From NCBI GenBank assembly GCA_038896535.1, contig JAWACY010000001.1, positions 64,001 to 128,000 of the forward strand: a stretch of 64,000 nucleotides of DNA, written 5' to 3'. Shown piece after piece: positions 49,652 through 58,804 of the stretch. Numbering within the stretch: the stretch's first letter is position 1; every line of letters starts with the position of its first letter. The notes beneath the pieces are model-generated. The model worked only from the letters and a program-made list of their open reading frames with translations. It was not told where the DNA came from and searched no databases. The position numbers and the translations under genes are program-made. This stretch comes from Candidatus Anstonellales archaeon (lineage in GTDB: Archaea; Micrarchaeota; Micrarchaeia; Anstonellales; J096).

Positions 49652-50206
49652 TTATTTTAATTTCCCTAAAGTGGCAGTAGCAAGTATGCTAAATATGTCT
49701 TCTCCATCCTTGAGTTTTTTTAGCAATGTTTTGAAAATTTTCTCGTTAGGATAATTTGTTTTTTCTTGAAGTATAAGGAGTTGCGCAAGAAGGATTAAAA
49801 ATTTGATATTATACTCTCCATATTTACTTAGTTCTTTGAATCTGTTTATTGTTTCATTATCATAATTAAGCAATTCTCCTAAGCTTAATTTATCCCGTTC
49901 TTGTTTGCTCTTTATTGGTTTGATCTTTTGCCATATCTTCATTAACTCATCTATAAATTTCGAAGTGAGCTCTTTATTCTTGTGTATTTTGATCAATATG
50001 TCGACTGTCCAATGTATATGTTTTGGTGTTCTGATATTAGACCATCCTCCGTTTTTTAACTTTTGCCTGTATTTTATTATAATATCTGCTTCACTTTTTC
50101 TGCCAGGGTAAATGGCCAAAATATATGCCCCATTTATATTTAGCACGCTAATTGGTTTAAGATTTAATCTTTTATCATGCATAAGCTCATATAAATTTCC
50201 TGCCAT
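49652..50206 (-). CDS. Hypothetical protein coupled to the DNA methyltransferase (possible nuclease or partner)
   Basis: ATG overlaps the MTase stop (TGATG); basic protein containing IRTPKHIHW.VD and QEKTNY segments; no family recognised. Confidence 0.7.
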   Translation of the reverse strand: MAGNLYELMHDKRLNLKPISVLNINGAYILAIYPGRKSEADIIIKYRQKLKNGGWSNIRTPKHIHWTVDILIKIHKNKELTSKFIDELMKIWQKIKPIKSKQERDKLSLGELLNYDNETINRFKELSKYGEYNIKFLILLAQLLILQEKTNYPNEKIFKTLLKKLKDGEDIFSILATATLGKLK

Positions 50207-51207
50207 CACCACCACTTCATACTTTCGCTAAACTTACTAACTTTTTCTCCTTTTTCTGGTTTTCTAAAGACAAATAAATGTTCGTGCGCCAATAGCAAGA
50301 AATTATATTGAACACTTCGTTTTTTCCATAGAGGCGTAGCCCTCATATTATGTTGTAGTTTTATTATATCCTCTTTGAGTATAAACCCAACGTCCAAGAA
50401 AGATTGCATGACTCTAAATGAGATGGGGACATAATGTTTATGTCTTCTTGTATCCCCTATTAAAACGGCACAATATTTACCTGGTTTTAATACTCTGTAA
50501 AATTCTTGTGCAACTTTTTTCATCTCGTTTGCAAATTCTTCAACACTTCTGACTTTTGATAGGTCTCCCTCATTTTTATGGCCCGAATTTTTTGTATACC
50601 CTATAATATTTGCGTATGGTGGGTGTGTAGCTATTAAATCAATACTTTCATTTTTGATCTTGTCAAGATTTCGAGCATCTCCAACATATGTTTTTATCCA
50701 ATTTTTTGATTCACTTCTAAGTTTATTGTAAGAAAATTTCAACCTATCCATAGTTAGCATTATTGCCTCTTTGTTAATATCAACACCAATAGCATTCCTA
50801 TCAAGTAATTTTGCTTCTATAAGAGTAGTACCAGACCCAACAAACGCATCAAGAACAGTTTCCCCTTCTTTGGTATATCTAAGGATCAAATTTCTTGGTA
50901 CTTTGGGGGCCCAATTTCCTCTATACCTAGCATTGAGGTAGTGGGTTGCCCATTCCCCCCTTTTTGGGAAACTCCAAACTGTTGTTGTTTCCAATTCAAA
51001 ATTTTTTGGTTGATATTCTTTTATTTTCCAGTCCCTTCCTATTTCAAGTCTTATATCTTCTATCGTTATCTCTCTACGTTCTTCTATAAAACTCTTATAA
51101 TCTGACCACGTTATTTCTTCCATGCCTATGTAAGGGCAGTTGTTTGTTGTATTATTAATCTTTTCTTTTTTCTTTAATTCCATATCAACAACAATATTAC
51201 TTCCCAT
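50206..51207 (-). CDS. Amino (m6A/m4C)-type DNA methyltransferase with HPPY catalytic motif
   Basis: Motif I LDAFVGSGTT precedes motif IV THPPY; RVLKPG; start may be ATG 51123. Confidence 0.85.
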   Translation of the reverse strand: MGSNIVVDMELKKKEKINNTTNNCPYIGMEEITWSDYKSFIEERREITIEDIRLEIGRDWKIKEYQPKNFELETTTVWSFPKRGEWATHYLNARYRGNWAPKVPRNLILRYTKEGETVLDAFVGSGTTLIEAKLLDRNAIGVDINKEAIMLTMDRLKFSYNKLRSESKNWIKTYVGDARNLDKIKNESIDLIATHPPYANIIGYTKNSGHKNEGDLSKVRSVEEFANEMKKVAQEFYRVLKPGKYCAVLIGDTRRHKHYVPISFRVMQSFLDVGFILKEDIIKLQHNMRATPLWKKRSVQYNFLLLAHEHLFVFRKPEKGEKVSKFSESMKWW

Positions 51208-51886
51208 TTCTCCGTCACCACAACAACTTAATGCTTTTACCTACGCCCATGATAATGGTTTTTCTTACTTGCTGTTCCTTTATAATCGCCAGACAAAACT
51301 TAACAGGTCCATTCAATTTGGACAAACCCAGTAATAATGAATATAAACCTAATAATGAATATAAACAAATCTTCTCTTCTTTAACACCTGCAAATTTTTC
51401 CTTTTTTAAATGGCGGTAGTTAGTCATAATTAGATTGCGTCCAACCACAATTAACCCAAAATTTACTAAGTTCTTCCCCATAATTACCGCCCAACCAAAA
51501 TTTGTTTTGCCTATTCACATTTTATATTATCTAATATTCACTTAATCACTAACTTTAATAAATCTATCTTAGCTATTTGTCATTTAATATCTATTTATTT
51601 AGTAAACACTTTGTTGTGGCATAATTAAGATATTGCACTTATTTGCTTATTATTACTGACTATATATTTGATTGATAGATTATCCATAATCAAACTGATG
51701 AATTAGGTGGTTATTTAGGTAGTTTATAATAAGAAGAAAAGGCATGATAGCTACCCTAATAGACCAATTCTATAATTAGATGAGCAGTATTTAAGCCAAT
51801 CATATCTTGTTAATACCACGCATATTAACATCTTATCAATGCATGTATTTTAGGTTATAAAATTATTAAACACAACTAAAAATTAA

Positions 51887-51959
51887 AGCCCCAGGAGGGA
51901 TTTGAACCCTCGACCTCGCCCTTACCAAGGGCGCGCTCTACCTGCTGAGCTACTAGGGC
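51887..51959 (-). tRNA. tRNA-Thr(GGT)
   Basis: Reverse complement folds as a cloverleaf with CGCCC-TTGGTAA-GGGCG anticodon arm; U73. Confidence 0.96.
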
Positions 51960-51968
51960 TTTAAGGAT

Positions 51969-53510
51969 TTATTCATTAAATATTATGCCAGCAGTAAGTG
52001 GATTATTTATATTCAGCATTTCATTTATTTCCGGGCTTATTTCCCCAACAATAGCAGCATAGCTGCCTAATTTGAACCAGGCAAATCTGCCTTTTATGAA
52101 TAATGTTTCTAACCAGTTATTTTTATTTTCAATTTTTACAATATTTAACCCAAGCTTTTTTGCAAATGTTTTTATCACAGCAATTGCTCTGTTTATATCA
52201 GCTTCTTCATCAGCGATCATGAATGCTATCTCATCAATTTCTTTATTATCTCTATAAACCTTGCCTATCTCGAATATTTTATGCTCCAGCTTTTTCATCT
52301 TATTCCTTTCTTCAACAAAAAAGAGATTAAACAATAGCGTTGCTCTTAAACTGTCATGCTCTTTACTAACAGGCTCAAGCACTTTTATGCAGTTTTTATA
52401 AAATTTAGATTGCAAATCAGAGGGAATAAGGAAAAATCCTATTACTTCGTTAAACCCCATATTAAGAAAAATAGCTCTTTCATTTTGCATCGATTTTTCA
52501 AGCTCACCTGTTTGGTATATATTAGCATTCAAAGGTTCTAGGTTTTCATAGCCATAATTTATTATTATTTCTTCTGCAATATCTGTTATGTCCTTTATAT
52601 CAATCCTATAACAAGGCACATAGCACTTTTTGCCTTTCATTATAATGTTGCTCCTTTCTAGAAGCCCTCTTATGTCTTCTTTATTTAATTCGATACCTAT
52701 TATTTTATTTACTTCATTTACCTCAATATCAATATGTTGCCTTTCCATTCTATTTATTGAATTGTTTATTACAAATGATTTTATTTCTGCCCCTCTATCA
52801 GCAAAGGCACATGCAAGAACATTAAAGCAGTTAATTATTGCATTTTCATCATTCCCAGTTATTTCAACAAGAAAGCTATCTGTTTTTTCAGATATTTTTG
52901 TTCTCTCGCTGTTTATTATTGGAGGCATTGATATAACGCCTTCCTTGTCCATAACAAAAGGCCAAGGCCTTTTAATTAAATGGCCATACATTTTTCCTTT
53001 TTCATGCTTGTTTATTACTTCTTCTGCATGCATTTCTTTTTCATGGCCTAGAGGAATAAACATTGCCTCGTTAAGTTCTTGGTAATAAATGGGGGGCTTT
53101 ATTTTTTTTAAGTCATGAATTCCTATAGCCAGTTTTTTTCTTTTTCTGCCATATGTGTCATGTATTTTTTCCTGCGCGTTTATCAAACTTTCTAATAAAA
53201 ATTCCTTATCCTTAACTAATTTTGCAATGAATCCATTTATATAAGGCCTTTGAACAACATTTTTTATATAAATGACTGGCCCTTTTTTTGCTTTGTACTC
53301 ATAAGCCCTTGAATAGAAGTATGAATTTAATGTCCTTATTATTCCCTCAATCGTATGCATGTCAAGCCTATTTGGTGTTACTTCAACATCTAAATAATTG
53401 TCTCTTTCTTCATTTGGAAATCCAAGTTTATTCAAAACTTGCTTTATTTCTTCAATGCTTTTTTTTGTTTTCTCTTCAGCATATGTTATTGGTAATGGGA
53501 TAACTGCCAT
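51969..53510 (-). CDS. pheT: Phenylalanyl-tRNA synthetase beta subunit
   Basis: EVTPNRLD, QEK.H...GR.R.K.AIGIHD, MPPIINS, YR.DI....DIAEE. Confidence 0.93.
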   Translation of the reverse strand: MAVIPLPITYAEEKTKKSIEEIKQVLNKLGFPNEERDNYLDVEVTPNRLDMHTIEGIIRTLNSYFYSRAYEYKAKKGPVIYIKNVVQRPYINGFIAKLVKDKEFLLESLINAQEKIHDTYGRKRKKLAIGIHDLKKIKPPIYYQELNEAMFIPLGHEKEMHAEEVINKHEKGKMYGHLIKRPWPFVMDKEGVISMPPIINSERTKISEKTDSFLVEITGNDENAIINCFNVLACAFADRGAEIKSFVINNSINRMERQHIDIEVNEVNKIIGIELNKEDIRGLLERSNIIMKGKKCYVPCYRIDIKDITDIAEEIIINYGYENLEPLNANIYQTGELEKSMQNERAIFLNMGFNEVIGFFLIPSDLQSKFYKNCIKVLEPVSKEHDSLRATLLFNLFFVEERNKMKKLEHKIFEIGKVYRDNKEIDEIAFMIADEEADINRAIAVIKTFAKKLGLNIVKIENKNNWLETLFIKGRFAWFKLGSYAAIVGEISPEINEMLNINNPLTAGIIFNE

Positions 53511-53534
53511 TTATAGTTTTATGTGTAAATTTTA

Positions 53535-54851
53535 TTAAACATTATTGTTTTGTAATTGATATAATGAATCAATTTTGTCTTTTATTTCTTTTATAAAATC
53601 ATTGAAGCATGTTTCTGGTATTTCTGCTCCTCCAGCGCATTCATGCCCTCCAGCACTTGAATTATCAAAATATTTACACGTCTGTTTTAATATGTTATTT
53701 ACATTCATGTTTCTTGCCCTTAAACTTATTTTTATTCTCCCTCCTTTTTTGCTTATGCCTATAGTTGGCTTCTTATATTTCTCCATGATTTTATTGCACA
53801 CTATGCCTATTATGCCATGATAAATATTTTTTCTTCCATCTATTATTATGATATTACCAATGTCATTTGCAATGCTATCAGCTATTTTATATGCTTCATT
53901 TATTTTTTTCTTGTGGAATGTTGCCTGCTTTTGTATTTCCTTTATAGCCTGCTCATCATTAAAACATGCCTTTATGCCAAGCCAGCATTTTTTCCATCTG
54001 CCAGCAGCATTGAGTAATGTAGAAAAATCTGTTATTGTCATGCCCAAATTTTTTATTATATAAGAATCCCCTATAAACCTTTTTACGTTCTCCTCATCTT
54101 CTGTATAAAAAGCAAGGTCAAGGATTTTTTTTATTACACATTTTCTTTTCATCTCATCAAGAGCATTGAATGATTGCCATGCATTAACATTGCAAGTTTT
54201 TAAGAAATACTTTATTGCTGTTTCATTTTTGAAAACTTTTAAACCAGAATATTTTAATGCATATATCAATGGAACATTAGCCATTCTTAAAAAAGATATC
54301 TTTTTTTCATATATCCCTTCTTTTGTTATTAAATCGGCAATAGCTCTATTAATGTTTGTAAATGGCATTTGCATATCTCCAGCAGAGCCAACAAGGGACA
54401 TGCTGCTTAGTTCATTAAAAACTATATATGTTAATGAGGAAGTTGAACAAAACTTGCTTCCATCCAAGCCAAAATGCCATGGATTTAATATTGGCTTATC
54501 TAATTCTTCTGGTATGTGGTGATCTATTATTATTGCATTTTTTAACTCATTAACGATACTGCAAGAACCAAAATCAAGCATTATTATTTCATTCTCGTTT
54601 TTTATTAAGTCCAATCCATCAATTATGCTATCAAGCATTAATAGCCTTGGCTTTTTTCCTTGTTTTTTTAATGCCTTATAACATATTGCAGCAGATGATA
54701 TGCCATCAGCATCATAATGAAATACTATTAACGGCCTTTCCATTTGATAAGCAAGTTCTTTTATTTCGCTTGCTTTTTTATACATGTTAATTAATCTTTG
54801 GTCTTTGCATATGCTTTCTATATCTTCTATGGGGGTTTGCACGCATTGCAC
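53535..54851 (-). CDS. DHH/DHHA1 phosphoesterase (archaeal RecJ/Cdc45-like)
   Basis: HYDADG, DFG, IDHH, GD, SLR, GGH...GG. Confidence 0.88.
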   Translation of the reverse strand: MQCVQTPIEDIESICKDQRLINMYKKASEIKELAYQMERPLIVFHYDADGISSAAICYKALKKQGKKPRLLMLDSIIDGLDLIKNENEIIMLDFGSCSIVNELKNAIIIDHHIPEELDKPILNPWHFGLDGSKFCSTSSLTYIVFNELSSMSLVGSAGDMQMPFTNINRAIADLITKEGIYEKKISFLRMANVPLIYALKYSGLKVFKNETAIKYFLKTCNVNAWQSFNALDEMKRKCVIKKILDLAFYTEDEENVKRFIGDSYIIKNLGMTITDFSTLLNAAGRWKKCWLGIKACFNDEQAIKEIQKQATFHKKKINEAYKIADSIANDIGNIIIIDGRKNIYHGIIGIVCNKIMEKYKKPTIGISKKGGRIKISLRARNMNVNNILKQTCKYFDNSSAGGHECAGGAEIPETCFNDFIKEIKDKIDSLYQLQNNNV

Positions 54852-54915
54852 GCATAATTAATAGCTATATAATTTAAAAATATTACGACTAAACAACCAA
54901 AATTTAAAGCAACCT

Positions 54916-55818
54916 CTAAAACAAACCTGCTTTTTTCAACAGCAAGGGAAGCGCTAATGATGCCTCAGCATGTATATCAATATGCTTAGCCTTATCTTTT
55001 AACTTACCCCAGCTTATTGCTTCATTACTTCTTGCCCCGCTCAAAGAACCATCAAATTCAGTAGCTGTTGTTATATATATAGCATAATCTAACCCTCCTC
55101 TAACAATATTTATACCTATAACATGATGCTTACTTACTCCCCCTCCAATAATAAGGGCTCCAGTTTTTTCAGCATTTAATACAATATTGGCAAGTTTATT
55201 CATATCATCTCTCATTGCTATATCAAAATCCCTTTTTTGCTGCATAAAAAAATAGAGCTGCAGGCCTATAGCCCCATCTGTTATTGCTGGGCAGAATACT
55301 GGAATATTATTTTTATATGCCCAATAAAGAAAAGACTTTCTCTTATCTTTTCCATTTTTATCTATATACTGCCCGAATGCCTTTGCAATATCAGTTGGAT
55401 TAGCTTTGTTATTCAAATTTTTAAATACATCTTTGCATATTTGCTCAAGCTTTACATATCTATCATTTTTTACAAGTATGTTGCCTATTCTATTAATTCC
55501 TTTTTTATGCAGGGCAGCATCATTTTCATAAAAGCTCCCGATTTCATAACCTATAAATGATTTTATTACATCATGGTCAATTGCTCCTGCTGTTGTTATT
55601 ATTGCATGCACAACGCCTTTTTCAACAATTTTTGCTATTGCTCCTCTAAGACCAGATGCTATTAGATTTCCTGTAAAAGAAAAGAATATGCGTGCTTTCT
55701 TATCTGATATCATGTCTTTTAATATGCTTGCTCCTCTTGCTATTTGTGTTGATTGAAAGCCAATTGAATCTAAATTTTTTATATATTCATCAAAGTCTGA
55801 TGCATCATAAATTGGCAT
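54916..55818 (-). CDS. dys: Deoxyhypusine synthase
   Basis: TGNL.ASGLR, NRIGN, P..TDG, GGG..KHH, DGSLSGA...EA.SWGK. Confidence 0.94.
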   Translation of the reverse strand: MPIYDASDFDEYIKNLDSIGFQSTQIARGASILKDMISDKKARIFFSFTGNLIASGLRGAIAKIVEKGVVHAIITTAGAIDHDVIKSFIGYEIGSFYENDAALHKKGINRIGNILVKNDRYVKLEQICKDVFKNLNNKANPTDIAKAFGQYIDKNGKDKRKSFLYWAYKNNIPVFCPAITDGAIGLQLYFFMQQKRDFDIAMRDDMNKLANIVLNAEKTGALIIGGGVSKHHVIGINIVRGGLDYAIYITTATEFDGSLSGARSNEAISWGKLKDKAKHIDIHAEASLALPLLLKKAGLF

Positions 55819-55865
55819 TATATATTTTTAGCTTATTTTTTTAAAACCTCTGTTTAAATTCATTT

Positions 55866-56351
55866 ATGGAAAACCCATATGCAAAAAAGACTGAGGAAGC
55901 AATAGAAAAAGGGGGGTTGCTCGCACAATTATATTTTGACTTGCATGCTAGGTCAAAGGAAAGCTTGGAAAATCTTGGTGTTGGATTTTCATCAACGCTT
56001 GGTAAAGAAGAGGGAGTAATATTTGCTATAACTGAAGTAGAAAAACCGATAGAAAATGAGGATAAAAGTTATTCAACGTACATAAGGGCAACCTTGCTTT
56101 TTTCTGATTTTCCGGCATTATGTAAAATGTTAACAAAATACAATCCAGTAAGTATTGAAATAATAAAGCCAGAACAATTAAAATTAAAAAACATTGATCT
56201 GATGGAGGGGTTAATGGCATTCTCGGAGACGCTTTATAACTTGAAATTTAAACTTTATAAAGACAACCTATCAGAAAAAGAAAAGGCATTTATAGAAAGC
56301 ATAATAAAAGCAAGAGAGGAGATGGGAAAAAAATTAAGAAAGGGGCAATGA
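55866..56351 (+). CDS. Hypothetical protein (161 aa)
   Basis: Clean ORF co-oriented with the KaiC-like gene; Y.P.SIEII.P segment; no family assigned. Confidence 0.7.
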   Translation: MENPYAKKTEEAIEKGGLLAQLYFDLHARSKESLENLGVGFSSTLGKEEGVIFAITEVEKPIENEDKSYSTYIRATLLFSDFPALCKMLTKYNPVSIEIIKPEQLKLKNIDLMEGLMAFSETLYNLKFKLYKDNLSEKEKAFIESIIKAREEMGKKLRKGQ

Positions 56352-56355
56352 TAGA

Positions 56356-57021
56356 ATGGAATTAAAAGTTGGCATACCAAAGCTTGAAAAAGCATTGGGC
56401 GGTGGTTTTAACTATAATGATGTCGTTGCAATTACAGGCCCTACTGGAGTTGGTAAGTCAACACTAGCAATGCAATTATTGATAAATGGCATAAAAACTG
56501 GAGATAGGGGCATGTACATAATAATGGAGTTTGACAAAGCATATTTTTACAAAACATTTGAAAACTATATATGGAACATTCAAGATTATGAAGAGCTTGG
56601 AACTTTATTTATTGTTGATTACCCGCCAACAGAGATATCACATTTTATTGGGCAAGGAAATCCTCTGAAAGAAATTATAAGAAAATATGATATAAAAAGA
56701 GTAGTTATTGATTCAATATTGCCAATAGCCCTCTCAGCAACAAATGAAAGAGAAATGAGATTAAATTTAATAACAGCAGTTGATAAAATAAAAGATTGGG
56801 GGGTATTAACATTTATTATAGGCGAAAGCCCATGGAGTAAAAATAGTGAATTCCCATCCAGTTATTCAAAAATTGAATCATACGTTGATGGGTGGATAGC
56901 TATGAATTACAACATAAATGAAGAATGGGAAAGGCAACTTCTTGTAATAAAATCAAGAAAAAAACACGAGATAAAACCAATAAAATTCAGCATAGACAAG
57001 ACTGGCATTGTTTTTGAATAA
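56356..57021 (+). CDS. KaiC/RecA-superfamily single-domain ATPase
   Basis: GI..LE..L.GG, GPTGVGKS, RVVIDS, DG.I, V.KSR. Confidence 0.88.
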   Translation: MELKVGIPKLEKALGGGFNYNDVVAITGPTGVGKSTLAMQLLINGIKTGDRGMYIIMEFDKAYFYKTFENYIWNIQDYEELGTLFIVDYPPTEISHFIGQGNPLKEIIRKYDIKRVVIDSILPIALSATNEREMRLNLITAVDKIKDWGVLTFIIGESPWSKNSEFPSSYSKIESYVDGWIAMNYNINEEWERQLLVIKSRKKHEIKPIKFSIDKTGIVFE

Positions 57022-57024
57022 TTC

Positions 57025-57579
57025 TTAGCTTTTGAACTTCTTTAATGTTCTTTCTGCCCTGCCTAGGGCTGTTTCAATTTCATCTTTATTTCTAGCTCCG
57101 GCAACAATCAACTTGCCATTTTTGAATATTAATATTGATATATTTGGGTCTCTGAGCTTCAATATTGCTCCTGGGAATTGTTCTGGCTCATATTCGACAT
57201 CTGCGCTTATGTCCATGGCTATCTTAAATAAATCAAGCTCAAACCCTATATCAGCTGATGCAACCATGTTTGTTATTTCATATTTTGGTTTTTTTGTATC
57301 CAGCCTTTTGAATATCCTTGTTGCTGCTGGCAGAAGCATTTTATATGCCTTTATTATTGCTTCCTCTATTGTTTTTTTGTCTTTACAGCCTACAACAACA
57401 ATTTTGCCATTCTTGAATATAAGCAATGTAGCCTTTGGTTGGTTGAATTTTAATATTGCTCCTGGGAATTGTTCTGGCTCATATTCGACATTTCTAAATT
57501 TAGCAGGAAGCCTATACAGATCGAGCTCAATGCCAAGGTCAGAAGCTGCTACAAGATTTGTTATTTTATACTGCACCAT
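57025..57579 (-). CDS. tbp: TATA-box binding protein
   Basis: Two repeats of ITN.VA..D...LDL...VEYEPEQFPGAILK...IFKNGK. Confidence 0.97.
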   Translation of the reverse strand: MVQYKITNLVAASDLGIELDLYRLPAKFRNVEYEPEQFPGAILKFNQPKATLLIFKNGKIVVVGCKDKKTIEEAIIKAYKMLLPAATRIFKRLDTKKPKYEITNMVASADIGFELDLFKIAMDISADVEYEPEQFPGAILKLRDPNISILIFKNGKLIVAGARNKDEIETALGRAERTLKKFKS

Positions 57580-57650
57580 GATCTCACCTTTTTAAATATT
57601 ATGTATTATTGCTTAAAAAACTATTGTTTTTAAATATATATGGTGAGCTT

Positions 57651-57926
57651 ATGAAAAGACCAAAAGGATATTTAAGTAAAGCAACAAGAAGGATAAAAAG
57701 CAAGGGCAGGATAAAAGTAACTGAGCACATAAAAACATTTAACAAAGGAGATAAGGTAGTGATAGTACAAAAGCCATATTACAAAGGGGCTTTACCACAT
57801 ATTAGATATAAAAACAAGGTCGGCACTATTCTAGAGAAAAGAGGAAGCAGCTATGTAGTAATGATAAAGGATGGCAAAAAAGAAAAGAAGATCATATCCC
57901 ACCCAGTTCATTTGAAAAAGGCTTAA
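57651..57926 (+). CDS. rpl21e: 50S ribosomal protein L21e
   Basis: F..GDKV, PH.RY....G, RG..Y, DG.K.K.II.HP.HL; GGTGA RBS before ATG 57651. Confidence 0.93.
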   Translation: MKRPKGYLSKATRRIKSKGRIKVTEHIKTFNKGDKVVIVQKPYYKGALPHIRYKNKVGTILEKRGSSYVVMIKDGKKEKKIISHPVHLKKA

Positions 57927-57938
57927 TCTGGTGATAAA

Positions 57939-58253
57939 ATGGTAAAGGAGATAAAACCAGTAAGTGAGTTATTTGTAAAAGAACTTCTTGAAAAAAAAGC
58001 AAAAAAATATGGGGAAGAAAGCTTAACACATAATGAACAGCTTGTTTTAGCACATGCAAAGGCAATAGAAAAAATAGGGGCAACTGGGAAATTGGAGAAA
58101 GAACTAAAAAAAGTTTTGCCTGAAGAAGTTGCAATAAAAGTGCTTGATACAATGCCAAAGCATATTGATACTCTTAGGGCAATATTACTCAGCTATGGTA
58201 TAACAGATGAAAACAAGATAAATGAAGTTATGGAATTGCTGAAGGGCGGGTGA
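57939..58253 (+). CDS. rpoF: RNA polymerase subunit Rpo4 (F)
   Basis: Conserved rpl21e-rpoF-DUF655 order; EQ....HA, A.K..D..P....LRAIL. Confidence 0.85.
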   Translation: MVKEIKPVSELFVKELLEKKAKKYGEESLTHNEQLVLAHAKAIEKIGATGKLEKELKKVLPEEVAIKVLDTMPKHIDTLRAILLSYGITDENKINEVMELLKGG

Positions 58254-58254
58254 A

Positions 58255-58794
58255 ATGGAAGATTACATATACATATTAGATGCAATACCATATGGAAGTA
58301 AATACAAAGGCCAAGCATATGGCATAGGCATCGGAGAAAAATTTTTTGTTTTGCTTGAGGTAACATTCAAAAAAGATAAACAGCTTCCAAACATAGGGCA
58401 AAGAGTTTATGTTGGAAAAGAGATAAATAAAAGGGATGTTGTAGATAAAATAAAAAGAAGAATATCATATCAAGAACTAACTACAACTGCTAAGGAGAAT
58501 TTACAATCAGTTTTAAAGAAAATTGTTGAATCCCAGCAAGATAGGTTTGTGTCATTTATAAATACTGCTGGGCCATTATCTGTAAGGATACATCAGCTTG
58601 AGCAACTGCCTGGCATAGGAAAAAAGAACTTAGAGCAGATAATTGCAGAGAGAGAAAAAGAGGCATTTAAAGATTTTGCTGATATAAAAAAAAGAGTTAC
58701 AACATGGCAGGACCCAATCTTAAGTATTGTCCTAAGAATCATTGAAGAGATTGAAGGAAAACATAGGCACAATTTCTTTGTAAAGCCAATTTAA
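58255..58794 (+). CDS. DUF655 putative RNA-binding protein
   Basis: EDY.YILD, IGE..F.LLE, F.N.AGP...R.HQLE.LPGIGKK. Confidence 0.9.
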   Translation: MEDYIYILDAIPYGSKYKGQAYGIGIGEKFFVLLEVTFKKDKQLPNIGQRVYVGKEINKRDVVDKIKRRISYQELTTTAKENLQSVLKKIVESQQDRFVSFINTAGPLSVRIHQLEQLPGIGKKNLEQIIAEREKEAFKDFADIKKRVTTWQDPILSIVLRIIEEIEGKHRHNFFVKPI

Positions 58795-58804
58795 GGGTGG
58801 AAAG

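Noticed and set aside
51140..51481. Short ORFs 51215-51481 (-), 51140-51334 (+) and 51231-51419 (+)
   Set aside because: No recognisable motifs and mutually overlapping; possibly decayed sequence, but not supportable as genes or a named pseudogene.
57032..57595. 187-aa ORF antisense to TBP, and other long antisense ORFs such as 16245-16970, 19993-20568 and 23390-23935
   Set aside because: Shadow frames of well-supported genes on the opposite strand, with Ser/Phe/Ile-rich composition typical of antisense translation.
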